A stretch of 64,000 bases of DNA, from contig CAZRBB010000001.1 of NCBI GenBank assembly GCA_964598205.1, positions 92,199 to 156,198 on the forward strand. The letters run 5' to 3'. The notes under the pieces were generated by a model. That model was not told the origin of the DNA. It saw only the letters and a list, made by a program, of their open reading frames with translations, and ran no database searches. The stretch comes from an uncultured Candidatus Saccharibacteria bacterium. GTDB lineage: Bacteria; Patescibacteriota; Minisyncoccia; CAIUEV01; JAHKAQ01. Shown piece after piece: positions 16,974-26,986 of the stretch (within the stretch, counting starts at the first letter, position 1; each line of letters starts with the position of its first letter). A program made the translations under genes and the position numbers.

Positions 16974-18392
16974 ATGACAAGAGAACAGTTAGCAATATTG
17001 AAGATGTTTGATCGGCATGTGGAATCCCCAGCACAACAGGTGTTGGGAGTCGTGGCAGAAAGAACGGATATTAGAACATCGATCAGTCCGTTCAAGTTTC
17101 TGCCCGACTACAAAATTATTTACCCAAGAATCGTTATCCGGGCGTTGGGGGAGTTGTACGAGGAGTACAATAGGAATTTTATTCCCCTGGCAGAAGCAAA
17201 TACAGAGTACGAGACCGACTATCAGTACTGTTCGCGAATTATGGGGTTTCTTACCCCAGTTAACTTTGCCGTGCAGGTTGATATGGTCGGACTGCCGGAC
17301 AGCTTTTTACAAGTAGCGGAAGACGACGAAATTTCCCAAGAAGAAGTTCGGGAAATCTTGCGGATGCGGATCTTTGAAATCGAAAATTCCGTGGCCATGT
17401 ATCAGTTGCTGGAAAAGATTTTCTCCATCAACGGTCAAGATTCTTTTTTTAAGATCAACTTCCGCGCAGCCCTGAACAAATTGCGGAAAAAGTTCCAAAA
17501 ACCCATCGCCTTGCTGGCAGTTACGGAACAAAAGCATCGGGCCATGTTGTCTTCGGAGTTTGGCAAGCAAGCTGGGGAAGTCATTTCCGACGCTGAAGTT
17601 TCCGAACTTTCTGGCTTCGATCGCTTTTTCGGCCCGGCCGATTTTCGGGAGTACCTGACAGAAAACAAAGGCAAGTGTGGCTATCTTTTATACGCACGAA
17701 CCTCTGATCCGGTTAGCCGATTAAAGGATCCAAGCTTACAGGTAGAGCATCCGCTGCTTGGAGACCCGGAGATGAGGAAGATTATTAAGGCCAATGCTCT
17801 TACCTTTAACATTGATTCTCCGGAAATGGATTGCAGTCGGCGAATTAATGACACAAAGGAATACCAACCCCGCATGAAAATGGCCTTTCCGATCAGTTCC
17901 GGCGCCGATCTTTTTTCCCTTGATTTTGCTGAGTATTTACTCGGTGGGAAAAAAGGATATGCAGCTTACACCGGATCCTACAGACTCTCTGTTCAGTTTG
18001 AAAATTATCTGCGGACCTGCGGAGTAGATCCCGCAACCGTTGAGTCTGGGGAAACACTTCTTCGTTGCAAACCCGCCAAGTGCGCCTACGGGTGCTACGG
18101 CCATGTTGTCGGTTCATTGAACGACAACAAGTTCCGTGGCGAACTACGGAATAACATGCGTCAGCGGGAAGGAGGCTATGTGGTTCAGCCGGAAATGAAA
18201 ACTCCGGTGATTGAAAACACCACAGACGGTCAAACCTATACCTACATTGACCGGAATTTCCTTCTGTTTACTGGTGGCAAACCCCATTTTGCCGGTGGCT
18301 TTCGGTCGCTGATGCCAGTGGACTGTCACGAGACCAAGAAGCATCGCAACCATGGAAACGGCTCCACCGTGTGGGCCGAAATCATCGCCTAA
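16974..18392 (+). CDS. Hypothetical protein (472 aa) in a GC-rich (about 47-50%) islet, probably horizontally acquired; C-terminal region possibly ATP-grasp-like
   Basis: Strong SD GAGGGAGG 8 nt before the ATG. Compositional contrast with the rest of the window. Flanked by GCGCGTAA-type repeats. Confidence 0.55.
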   Translation: MTREQLAILKMFDRHVESPAQQVLGVVAERTDIRTSISPFKFLPDYKIIYPRIVIRALGELYEEYNRNFIPLAEANTEYETDYQYCSRIMGFLTPVNFAVQVDMVGLPDSFLQVAEDDEISQEEVREILRMRIFEIENSVAMYQLLEKIFSINGQDSFFKINFRAALNKLRKKFQKPIALLAVTEQKHRAMLSSEFGKQAGEVISDAEVSELSGFDRFFGPADFREYLTENKGKCGYLLYARTSDPVSRLKDPSLQVEHPLLGDPEMRKIIKANALTFNIDSPEMDCSRRINDTKEYQPRMKMAFPISSGADLFSLDFAEYLLGGKKGYAAYTGSYRLSVQFENYLRTCGVDPATVESGETLLRCKPAKCAYGCYGHVVGSLNDNKFRGELRNNMRQREGGYVVQPEMKTPVIENTTDGQTYTYIDRNFLLFTGGKPHFAGGFRSLMPVDCHETKKHRNHGNGSTVWAEIIA

Positions 18393-18587
18393 TCGTTTTT
18401 AACTTTTAACCAAAAGCTGTGCTAAACTCAAGCCATACAATTCCCCCTAAAAGGATAATTGTATGGCTTGTTAATTATAAGGGGACTTATATGCAAATGC
18501 GCGTAAGCTCTATACATAAACCCTGATTGATCAATCCGTAGAATTTACACCTTTTACAAATAATTTATTTTCTTTAAAGATAAAGCC

Positions 18588-19658
18588 ATGTCTAATAACA
18601 TTCTGTCATTAGCCAAAAAATTTGTAGCTATTAAATCTATTCCTCAAAACCCCAAAGAATTAGAAAAAATCTTAGAGGTTGCTTTGGGAAACTTAAAAGG
18701 GTACACAATCGAAAAATTTGAACATCAAGGCGCCAAGAGCGCTTTAATTTACAATTCACCTAAGAGACCTAAAAAATTCAAAATTATTTTGAATGGTCAC
18801 CTAGATGTTATCCCTGGGAAAGAACACCAGTACATACCCCAAGTAAAAGGCAATCGGCTTTATGGAGTTGGCTCAATGGATATGAAATCAAATGTGGCTT
18901 GCCTAATTACGGCTTTTAAGGAAGTAGCGGAGAAGGTCAGCTATCCGCTTGGCTTACAATTAGTAACCGATGAACAGATTGGCGGATTTAATGGCACCAA
19001 ACACCAAGTAGATAAGGGCGTGCGGGCGGATTTTGTAATTGCCGGCGAACCTACTAATTTTGACATTGTAAACAAAGCTAAAGGAATTTTGTGGTTAAAA
19101 ATTTCTGCCAAAGGAAAATCGGCGCACGGTGCTTATCCCTGGAAAGGAGAAAATGCAATCTGGAAAATGAATGATTTTCTTAACGCTCTTAAAAAAAAGT
19201 ATCCTGATCCCACCCAAGAAAAATGGGTCACCACAGTTAACTTGAGTAAAATTAGCTCGAGCAATGAAACTTTTAACAAGATTCCCGATGATTGTTCGGT
19301 CAGTTTAGATATTCGCTATATTCCCGAAGAATCGGAAAATATTCTAAAAAACATTCAAAAGCTATTGCCTAAAGATTTTAAGCTAGAGGTAATTACTCAA
19401 GAACCCGCTCTAGCTACTAATAGTAGCAATGAATATTTAAAATTACTCCAAAAAGCGGGTAAACAAATTATTAACAAAAAAATTATTTTGCGCGGTGCCC
19501 AAGGATCTTCAGATGCCCGCCACTTTACTAGGGTAGACTGTCCTGGAATTGAGTTTGGACCAATTGGCGAAGGTAGCGGAAGCGACAATGAATGGGTAGA
19601 TATTCCCAGTTTGGAAAAATATTACCAAATACTTAAATCGTTTTTACTTTCTCTTTAG
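18588..19658 (+). CDS. M20 family metallopeptidase (ArgE/DapE-like deacylase)
   Basis: Motifs: GHLDVIP, GVGSMDMKS, AGEPTN, and a SAHGAYP-like region. Confidence 0.7.
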   Translation: MSNNILSLAKKFVAIKSIPQNPKELEKILEVALGNLKGYTIEKFEHQGAKSALIYNSPKRPKKFKIILNGHLDVIPGKEHQYIPQVKGNRLYGVGSMDMKSNVACLITAFKEVAEKVSYPLGLQLVTDEQIGGFNGTKHQVDKGVRADFVIAGEPTNFDIVNKAKGILWLKISAKGKSAHGAYPWKGENAIWKMNDFLNALKKKYPDPTQEKWVTTVNLSKISSSNETFNKIPDDCSVSLDIRYIPEESENILKNIQKLLPKDFKLEVITQEPALATNSSNEYLKLLQKAGKQIINKKIILRGAQGSSDARHFTRVDCPGIEFGPIGEGSGSDNEWVDIPSLEKYYQILKSFLLSL

Positions 19659-21622
19659 ACTAGCCCAAAAGCGGCTAAGTGAATTTTTTTTGCTTCTTGA
19701 TCTCCTAAGTTTTGGTAAGTAGTGCGAACAGTGTAACGGATCCTATCTTCTAATTGGTAAGCGTCTTTTATGTTTAGGCTCCAAATATTTTCTTCTCCTA
19801 TTTTGGCGGTTATTTCGGCTAATTTTTGTTGCAGTTCTTTTTGGTCTTTTAGTTCCAAGTTGGCGTCTAGGATTACTAATTTTTGAGTAATTTCTACTGC
19901 CGGATTTGGTGATTCTCCAAGCGCCTCTTTTGTAATTAATTCTAAATCCAGTTCGGCAAAATAAATATTTTCTGGCCGTTCATCTTGAGGGACCAGTTTG
20001 TAAATAATTCCGACTTCCTTTTGGTTTACGGTAATGGTAAAACAAACATCAGGATGAGCAATGGCTGGCTTAATTTTTGTTTCTTGGTAAGAAATCTGAT
20101 TAAAACCAAAGCCGCGCAATAACTTTTCAACCACTGATTTTATTTTCCCCAGCGCTAATGGAGCGTCTAGAAGTATTCCTAAAGCTTCTTTTTCCCAATA
20201 GCCGGAACCGGTTTTTTCCTTCCCAAATACTTTTCCAATTTCAAAAAGAAAATTTTCATTAACATTGTTTTTATTAAAACAAAAATTTTGCTCCAAAAGT
20301 CCGGTAGCTAGTGATAATCGTAGTTCTGGTCGTTCTTCGTTAATGGCGTTTTGGGTAATTACTGGAGCAAGTTCCCTGTAATTAACCATTTGCCCAGCAC
20401 CAGCAGGAACTAAAGGAAGAGAAAGAATCTCGTCTAAACCTAGGCTGGTTAATAAATTCCTAGCGCATCTTTCTGTTTTTGTTATTGGTGGAGTAATTTC
20501 TGTAATAATTTCCATTTTAGGCAGTTCGTTCCAGGGTATTTGATCATAGCCCACCATTCTAATCACTTCTTCTATTACATCTTCTTCTAAAAAAATATCG
20601 GTTCGGTCCTGCGGAGGAGTAGCTTTTAAAACCTCGCCTTCATTGGTAACAGTGAATCGTAGATTTTTAAGAATCGCCAAACACTGTTCTTTTTTAATAG
20701 GAATACCGGCATAAGTGCCAGCCTTCTCCCAATCAAAATCAATTTCAATTGGCCTTGGTGGTTCGGGGTAATACTCAAAGATTTCACCTCCCATTTCGGC
20801 GCCAGTGTGTTCCAATAAAAGGGAAATAAGTAGTCGGAAAGCGGTTTCCAAGCTGTTTGGGTCTAGTGTTTTCTCTAAACGGATTCCTGCTTCGGTAGTT
20901 ATTTTTAAATCGCGTGCATTCTTCTTAACCAAGCTTCGTTCATAGACGGCCATTTCCACCAAAACCGAATCAGTGCCAATCTCGATCGCTGCTGCTTGTC
21001 CGCCAATTAATCCAGCCAGCGCCAAAATATTTTCTTCGTCTTCAATGATTAATTCCTGACCCTTTAATTCAAATTTTGAACTATCTAGTGTAGTGATTTC
21101 TTTGAATCGGGAATTCAAGGACCAAGAAACATTGCCGGTGATTTTATTTTGATCCAAAAGGTGCGATGGATAGCCAGTCAAAAACATTACGAAATTAGAA
21201 AGATCTACTGCTAAATTAATACTTTTAGTTCCTTGAAGACTCAATGATTCTTGGAGCCAAGCAGGGGATTCACTCTTTTTAATTCCCGTAAGATTAATGG
21301 CCATTACTCGTTTTACCCAGGAATCATCGTTTATTTTAATATCTTTCTTCTGAGCGCTAGGAAGCGCTAAATCAACCACTGGCAATTCCAACGCTAAACC
21401 ATAATAGGCGGCGACTTCCCTGGCAATTCCCCAATAAGAAAGAAGGTCAGCGCGGTTTTGCCGAATTTCTAAACCAATTAAGTAGTCTTCTTTTCCGTCA
21501 AAAGAAACAGTTTCTAAACTGTCGTTTAAAAAACCAATATTAGTCAAAATATTGGCTACTTCTTTTGGGGTAGCCTTTAATTCGGGAATCAATTTTTGAA
21601 TCTGACTAAAAAGGATTTTCAT
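19655..21622 (-). CDS. pheT: Phenylalanine--tRNA ligase beta subunit (short form)
   Basis: Sits immediately downstream of and overlaps pheS. B3/4- and B5-like segments are present. Confidence 0.85.
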   Translation of the reverse strand: MKILFSQIQKLIPELKATPKEVANILTNIGFLNDSLETVSFDGKEDYLIGLEIRQNRADLLSYWGIAREVAAYYGLALELPVVDLALPSAQKKDIKINDDSWVKRVMAINLTGIKKSESPAWLQESLSLQGTKSINLAVDLSNFVMFLTGYPSHLLDQNKITGNVSWSLNSRFKEITTLDSSKFELKGQELIIEDEENILALAGLIGGQAAAIEIGTDSVLVEMAVYERSLVKKNARDLKITTEAGIRLEKTLDPNSLETAFRLLISLLLEHTGAEMGGEIFEYYPEPPRPIEIDFDWEKAGTYAGIPIKKEQCLAILKNLRFTVTNEGEVLKATPPQDRTDIFLEEDVIEEVIRMVGYDQIPWNELPKMEIITEITPPITKTERCARNLLTSLGLDEILSLPLVPAGAGQMVNYRELAPVITQNAINEERPELRLSLATGLLEQNFCFNKNNVNENFLFEIGKVFGKEKTGSGYWEKEALGILLDAPLALGKIKSVVEKLLRGFGFNQISYQETKIKPAIAHPDVCFTITVNQKEVGIIYKLVPQDERPENIYFAELDLELITKEALGESPNPAVEITQKLVILDANLELKDQKELQQKLAEITAKIGEENIWSLNIKDAYQLEDRIRYTVRTTYQNLGDQEAKKIHLAAFGLV

Positions 21623-22628
21623 TTTCGTATGGTTTATAACCTAAGTTACCGCCCAAAAGAGTGCGGATATCTTTAATATTGTATCGAGCCATTACCCAGC
21701 GATCCAATCCTAGAGCAAAAGCAAAACCGCGCCATTCCTGCGTGTCTAAGCCGGCCATCTTCATAATATTTGGATGAATAATGCCAGCGCCACCCATCTC
21801 TATCCAACCTACGCCTTTACAGACTGGGCAACCCTTGCCATGACAATTAAAGCACTGCATATCTGGGCCAACTCCCGGCTCTACCTCTGGATAATATTTA
21901 TTGCGGTAGCGGATTTTTACTTTTGGTCCGTACATTTCGCCAAAAAGTGCCGAAAAAGTGCCGAATAAGTCTTTTAAGCTGGCGTCTTTAGAAACCACCA
22001 CGCCTTGGTAGTGATGAAAAATAAAATGATTACTGGGATTGGGTTTTTCGTTGCGGTAAACGCGACCAGGGCTAACCACCTTTAATGGTGGTGGAAATTT
22101 TTCCAAGATTCGCGCTTCTATGGAAGAAGTTTGCGTGCGCAAAAGGTAATCAGGACTTTCAATATAAATTGTGTCTTGCATGTCTCTCGCCGGATGGTCG
22201 GCTGGGACATTTAAGCGTTGGAAGCAGTATTCATCGGTTTCTATTTCTCTTTCTTCCATCACGCTAAAACCCATTTTAGAAAAAAAGTCGTTTAGTTTTT
22301 GGACTGTTTCGGTAATTGGATGTAAATGACCAACTTTTTCTAAGCCAAGATCCAGTTCTTCCCTTTCTTTTTCTAAAATTACTTCTCTGTTTTTTTCTTC
22401 TAATTCCAATTTTTTATTTTCCAAAAGCGTGCGAATTTCTTTTTCTATTTTTTGTACCTCAATTGCTCTTTCCTTTCTTTCTTCTGGTGGGCACTGACCG
22501 ATTCTGGCTAAAAGTTCTTTAATAGCACCGTTTTTTCCAAAATAAAAAGCCTCTTCTTTTTGTAATTCTTCCAAAGAAGAAACAGTTTTTAATTTTTCTT
22601 CTGATTCCAAAATAAGATTTTTTTCCAT
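21606..22628 (-). CDS. pheS: Phenylalanine--tRNA ligase alpha subunit
   Basis: Class II motifs: FPPPLKVVSPGRVYR and GFAFALGLDRWVM. Confidence 0.85.
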   Translation of the reverse strand: MEKNLILESEEKLKTVSSLEELQKEEAFYFGKNGAIKELLARIGQCPPEERKERAIEVQKIEKEIRTLLENKKLELEEKNREVILEKEREELDLGLEKVGHLHPITETVQKLNDFFSKMGFSVMEEREIETDEYCFQRLNVPADHPARDMQDTIYIESPDYLLRTQTSSIEARILEKFPPPLKVVSPGRVYRNEKPNPSNHFIFHHYQGVVVSKDASLKDLFGTFSALFGEMYGPKVKIRYRNKYYPEVEPGVGPDMQCFNCHGKGCPVCKGVGWIEMGGAGIIHPNIMKMAGLDTQEWRGFAFALGLDRWVMARYNIKDIRTLLGGNLGYKPYENENPF

Positions 22629-22681
22629 ATGAACAATGCTAAACTTTTCTAAGATTATCTTAAAACAAAGATTTATTCAAT

Positions 22682-22774
22682 CGTCCCGCTACCGACATTG
22701 CCCGATATTTTTAAGCAAGTCTCTCTTTTGGATTTTGCCCATTAGACTTCCGTCCCGCTACCGACATTGCCCGA
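22682..22774. repeat. Two perfect 24-bp direct repeats (cgtcccgctaccgacattgcccga) at 22682-22705 and 22751-22774
   Basis: GC-rich repeats in an AT-rich spacer between divergent pheS and the 22891 gene. Confidence 0.7.
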
Positions 22775-22890
22775 AGTAGAGTATGATTTAAAAATCGTTA
22801 TTGTTCTAAATTTTATTGCTAATATCTTGGTGCATTCAAAAAAGTAGTGTAAATTAAAAAAAGATTTTAATTTATCTTTAAAACAAAAAA

Positions 22891-23487
22891 ATGTTAGCTG
22901 TAACTGCAGTTCCTCCTACCGATTATTATCAAAGCCCAATGCCCTTAGTAGATGGTCCAGCAATGAATCCAAGCTTTGCGTCAGATGATTTTGGTAGGAC
23001 GGCCGGACTGGCGGTTTTAGTTTTTGCTGTCCTTTTCTTCCTTTTTGTTCTAGCAGCGTATCTTTTCTTTAGTTACTGTTTGTTTAGAATTGCTAAAAAA
23101 GCCAACATTGAAGATGCTTGGATGTCTTGGGTCCCTATTCTGAATTTAATCGTAATGATTAAATTGGGTCAAAAACCTGTTTGGTGGGTCATTCTTTTCT
23201 TTGTTCCAGTAGTTGGCATGATTATTGGGATTGTTATTTGGATGAATATTTTTTACCGCTTTGGTAAGCCAGAATGGATGGGTCTTTTAATGATTATCCC
23301 TGTAGTAAACTTAGTAATGCTTGTTTACTTAGCTTTTTCCCAAGACATGGTGATTGTAAATTCTGCCCCTCAATTTGCCACGGCGCCAGCTGGTGCCCCA
23401 ACCTCACCTATGGATCCAGCTCCTATCTCAACTGCTCCTATTACCGCCCCCAAAAATCTCAAAACTTCCAAGCCGCCAACTGTTTAG
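22891..23487 (+). CDS. Small multi-pass membrane protein with a Pro/Ala-rich tail (DUF-type, common in small-genome bacteria)
   Basis: Four hydrophobic helices. Confidence 0.45.
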   Translation: MLAVTAVPPTDYYQSPMPLVDGPAMNPSFASDDFGRTAGLAVLVFAVLFFLFVLAAYLFFSYCLFRIAKKANIEDAWMSWVPILNLIVMIKLGQKPVWWVILFFVPVVGMIIGIVIWMNIFYRFGKPEWMGLLMIIPVVNLVMLVYLAFSQDMVIVNSAPQFATAPAGAPTSPMDPAPISTAPITAPKNLKTSKPPTV

Positions 23488-23515
23488 GCCTTGAAGTTTA
23501 AATAATCGGTCTTTT

Positions 23516-25162
23516 ATGCTCTCTAATTTTTGGTCTTTCTTGAATTCTCGCCGTCGTTTAATTTATTTTTTCCTAGTGGTTGGGCTTTTAATTTATAGCT
23601 CCGCTCTGCCTAATCAAATGTTTTGGGACGATCAAGACGGTATTTTAAATAATGCTTACATTAAAGATTGGCAGTATTTTGAAGAATATTTTTCCCAAAA
23701 TTTAATCGCTGGTTCTGGATTGCAAAGCAATTATTGGCGTCCAGTTCTTTTAATTATTTATTCTTTGGAATGGCACTTGTGGGGCGATTGGGCACCGGGG
23801 TATCATTTGGTGAACATCTTAGCGCATATTGCTGCCGCCTTAGCTCTTTTTTATCTTTTTAAAAAAGTCTTAAAAAAAAGAAGTGTCGCTTTATTTTCGG
23901 CACTGATCTTTTTAATTCACCCACTGCAAACAGAGGCGGTAACTTATGTTTCTGGGCTAGCCGATCCCTTAAGTTCTCTTTTTATTTTTTTGGCACTGAT
24001 CCTTTTTTTAAAGTCACCCCCAAAAAGAGATCATTATTTTTATTGGTCTTTGGCTTTTTTTGGGTTGTCTTTAATGACCAAAGAAAAATCGGCCATAATC
24101 TTTCCTTCGCTTTTAATATTGATTCTTTTCCTTTGGTTGATTCAGGAAAAATCAGGGCAAAAATGGAAATTTATTTTTAGTTTTTGGTCTCGACTCTGGC
24201 CATTCATTCTAATGGGGTCCGTTTATGTTCTACTAAGAGCCACTTCTCTTAACTTTCAAGACACTTTTAATATTTATGTCGAGAAGAATCCCTACACCGA
24301 AAGCATCTTGGTGCGCTTGGCTACTTTTTTAAAAATCTTACCTCAATACATCTCTCTTATTTTTTGGCCTCACAATTTGCACATGGAACGGGTGGCGGAA
24401 TTTCAAACAACTTTCAAGGACCCTCAAGTTATTTTAGGAAGCGCTCTGGCGCTAGCTTCTCTCTTGTTGTTGGTTTTTGGAATCAAGAAAAAGAATAAAG
24501 TCTTAATTTTTTCTATTGGTTGGTTTTGGGCAACAATGTTCCCTGCTTCTGGAATTATGGCTCCAATGAGTGGCTTAATGTATGAACATTATCTCTATCT
24601 TCCCTTAATAGGAGTCTTTGGTGGGCTTTTTTATTTTGGTGGTTGGTGGATTAAAGAAAGAGGGAATCCTCTAATCCTAAAGATCGCGCTAGGGAGTTTA
24701 ATTGTTTACTTTTTATTTTTAAGTACTGCAACTTTTCTCCGCAATAAGATTTGGCATGATCCTATTATTTTTTACAACAATATTATTTTGTATAATCCTA
24801 ACAGCCTAAGAGTTTGGAATAATCTAGGTATGGCTTATGCCGAGAAATCTCAATGGGAAAAGGCGCTAGAATCCTACAGGCGCGCGGCAGCACTTGATTC
24901 GAGGGATCAGTCAGCTCCGCCACATCATAATTTAGCCAATGCGTTTACGCATCTTAGTAGGGAAGAAGAGGCGATAGAAGAATATCAAAGAGCACTTCTG
25001 ATTGACCCAGAATTTACCTTCTCTTACGGGGCACTTTTGGATCTTTATCTTAAAAGAAACGATAATATCTCAGCAGTTAAACTTCTCAGAGAGGCTTTCC
25101 AACACTTTCCCAATGATTTAGGAATCAAATCGGCGCTTTTAGAGTTAGAAAAAAAGCAATAA
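23516..25162 (+). CDS. Polytopic membrane protein with C-terminal TPR repeats (TMTC/PMT_2-like putative protein glycosyltransferase)
   Basis: N-terminal multi-TM region (FWDDQDGILNN) and C-terminal TPR repeats (WNNLGMAYAEKSQWEKALESY...). Confidence 0.5.
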   Translation: MLSNFWSFLNSRRRLIYFFLVVGLLIYSSALPNQMFWDDQDGILNNAYIKDWQYFEEYFSQNLIAGSGLQSNYWRPVLLIIYSLEWHLWGDWAPGYHLVNILAHIAAALALFYLFKKVLKKRSVALFSALIFLIHPLQTEAVTYVSGLADPLSSLFIFLALILFLKSPPKRDHYFYWSLAFFGLSLMTKEKSAIIFPSLLILILFLWLIQEKSGQKWKFIFSFWSRLWPFILMGSVYVLLRATSLNFQDTFNIYVEKNPYTESILVRLATFLKILPQYISLIFWPHNLHMERVAEFQTTFKDPQVILGSALALASLLLLVFGIKKKNKVLIFSIGWFWATMFPASGIMAPMSGLMYEHYLYLPLIGVFGGLFYFGGWWIKERGNPLILKIALGSLIVYFLFLSTATFLRNKIWHDPIIFYNNIILYNPNSLRVWNNLGMAYAEKSQWEKALESYRRAAALDSRDQSAPPHHNLANAFTHLSREEEAIEEYQRALLIDPEFTFSYGALLDLYLKRNDNISAVKLLREAFQHFPNDLGIKSALLELEKKQ

Positions 25163-25242
25163 TGCTGGAATCATTTTACATTTTTGTTATTTGCAGGTAA
25201 TATTTTTTCAGTCTTAATAAAGATTATTAATCAAAAAAAAAT

Positions 25243-26943
25243 ATGAAGCGCGTTGTTTTTAAAATTACAGACAGACAAAATTCCAAGTTTTTTTCGTATC
25301 CTCAGAAGAAAGAAATAAAGAAACAAACAACAGACATTTCTCTCGAGAGTATTAAAAAAATTATTGTTGAAGATTATAAGCAATTATTCGACGAAGCAGA
25401 GCTTACTGGCAGTGGAGTATTCTTGCATCCGGAATTAGAAAAAATTGTTGATTTTTTAGAAAAAACAACAAAGTTTGTTTGGTTAGAAGCCGGAGAAGAA
25501 GATCTTAAAAAATATCAAAAAATTATCCAGAAAGAAAAGGTGGGGCTAAAGTTTTATTTAGCTGGTCTTAAACCAGAAGAAAACGACATTCTAATGGGTA
25601 GCGGTGCTTTTAAAAGAATAGAAAAAAACATTGATTTTGCGTTAAAAGAAGGTAAGCAAGTCTCTATTGATTTTTTAATTCACCAAAAAAATTGGAAAAC
25701 TCTTCCTTCTGTTATTGATTTTTCTAATCAAAAAAAACTCAGCCTTAATTTTCAAGAGCTAATGCCTTTAGGCGATGCTACAAAAAAAGAAAAATTAATT
25801 CTTTCCGGCGAAGACCTTCGGTCGTTTTGGAAAGCGCTAGTCAATTGGAAGTTAAAAGGATTTCGTTTTTCTGCTTTTTCCAACTTTCTTTCTAATCATG
25901 GAAATTGTCGTTTTGAAAAGATTATTGTTTTTAATGAATTGGGTTGTTTGGAAAAGTGCCCTCTAGACTCTTTTTTTACTTCAGTAGAAAAGAAGAACAG
26001 TCTTCAAAATACTAAATGTGCCAGTTGTTTTTGTTGGGATAAAAAGTTAGATTTTTCCGATTCATCGCTAACTAAAGGAAAAAACAAAAAAGAAACAACG
26101 CTTGCAATGGTGGCCAAGGCTTATTATCAAAGAGAGTTGTTTCCAGAAGTTAACATAGACAAAGCTCTTAAAATAAATCAAAAAGAGGATCCTAAGACAA
26201 TTGCCGAAATCGCAGAGAGCTTTAATTTAGTAAGAAGAATGGATGGAGTTTCCTGGGACTGGTTTTCTAACTATCAAAAACAGGAAGAAGAACTAAACCT
26301 GATTATTACCAATCAATCCAATTTAGACTATCATTTTTACCCTAAACCTTTTAAAAAAGAAACCATTTCTTTTCCCGAGGTGGGAAGTTTTTTAGAAGAG
26401 GCTAACTTTAAAGGTATTTCCAGGGTTATTTTGAGTGGTGGTGATATTCTTCTTTTCCCCCAAATAAAGGAACTATTTCAGTTTTTGGGCAAGGTTAATT
26501 TACAAGCGGTATTTAGTTTGGATGGCTGGAATTTTGAAAAATATCAAGAAGAGATAATTAAGATTCCCAATGCTTCTTTTGGTTTTGAAGTCTATGGTGC
26601 CACTGCCTCGGTTCACGATAAACATGTAGGGAAAGAGGGGGCTTTTGATAAAATTATGGAAGCAATGGAGTTTTTAATAGACAAAGAAAAACCGGTCGGT
26701 CTAAACTACATTTTAACCCAAAAGAATTTAAAAGAACTAGAATCGATGATTAACTTCGCTTCAATGCTAGAACTTTCATTTTTTAATCTAACTCCAGTAG
26801 AAGATAAATTTACTAAAATCAGCAAGGCCTATGCAAATTCTTCTAAAAATATTGCTGATGCAGAAAAACATCTCAAAGAATCACTAACTAAAAAAGGGGT
26901 AAAGCTAAGATGCTCGTTGACTAGATTTCCAAGAACTAACTAA
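25243..26943 (+). CDS. Radical-SAM-like protein lacking the CX3CX2C triad; two rSAM-like halves plus a central Cys-rich knuckle
   Basis: ILSGGDILLF / FSLDG / GLNYILTQKN read as rSAM-core-like, but there is no N-terminal Cys triad. Central CRF..GCLEKC..CASCFC. Confidence 0.4.
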   Translation: MKRVVFKITDRQNSKFFSYPQKKEIKKQTTDISLESIKKIIVEDYKQLFDEAELTGSGVFLHPELEKIVDFLEKTTKFVWLEAGEEDLKKYQKIIQKEKVGLKFYLAGLKPEENDILMGSGAFKRIEKNIDFALKEGKQVSIDFLIHQKNWKTLPSVIDFSNQKKLSLNFQELMPLGDATKKEKLILSGEDLRSFWKALVNWKLKGFRFSAFSNFLSNHGNCRFEKIIVFNELGCLEKCPLDSFFTSVEKKNSLQNTKCASCFCWDKKLDFSDSSLTKGKNKKETTLAMVAKAYYQRELFPEVNIDKALKINQKEDPKTIAEIAESFNLVRRMDGVSWDWFSNYQKQEEELNLIITNQSNLDYHFYPKPFKKETISFPEVGSFLEEANFKGISRVILSGGDILLFPQIKELFQFLGKVNLQAVFSLDGWNFEKYQEEIIKIPNASFGFEVYGATASVHDKHVGKEGAFDKIMEAMEFLIDKEKPVGLNYILTQKNLKELESMINFASMLELSFFNLTPVEDKFTKISKAYANSSKNIADAEKHLKESLTKKGVKLRCSLTRFPRTN

Positions 26944-26986
26944 GAAAACCGTGAACTAGCGGATTGTAAAACAAACACTCTTTTCA

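Noticed and set aside
22682-22774. Possible mini-CRISPR array
   Set aside because: There are only two 24-bp repeats, no cas genes in the window, and the spacer is longer than the repeats. It is more likely regulatory.
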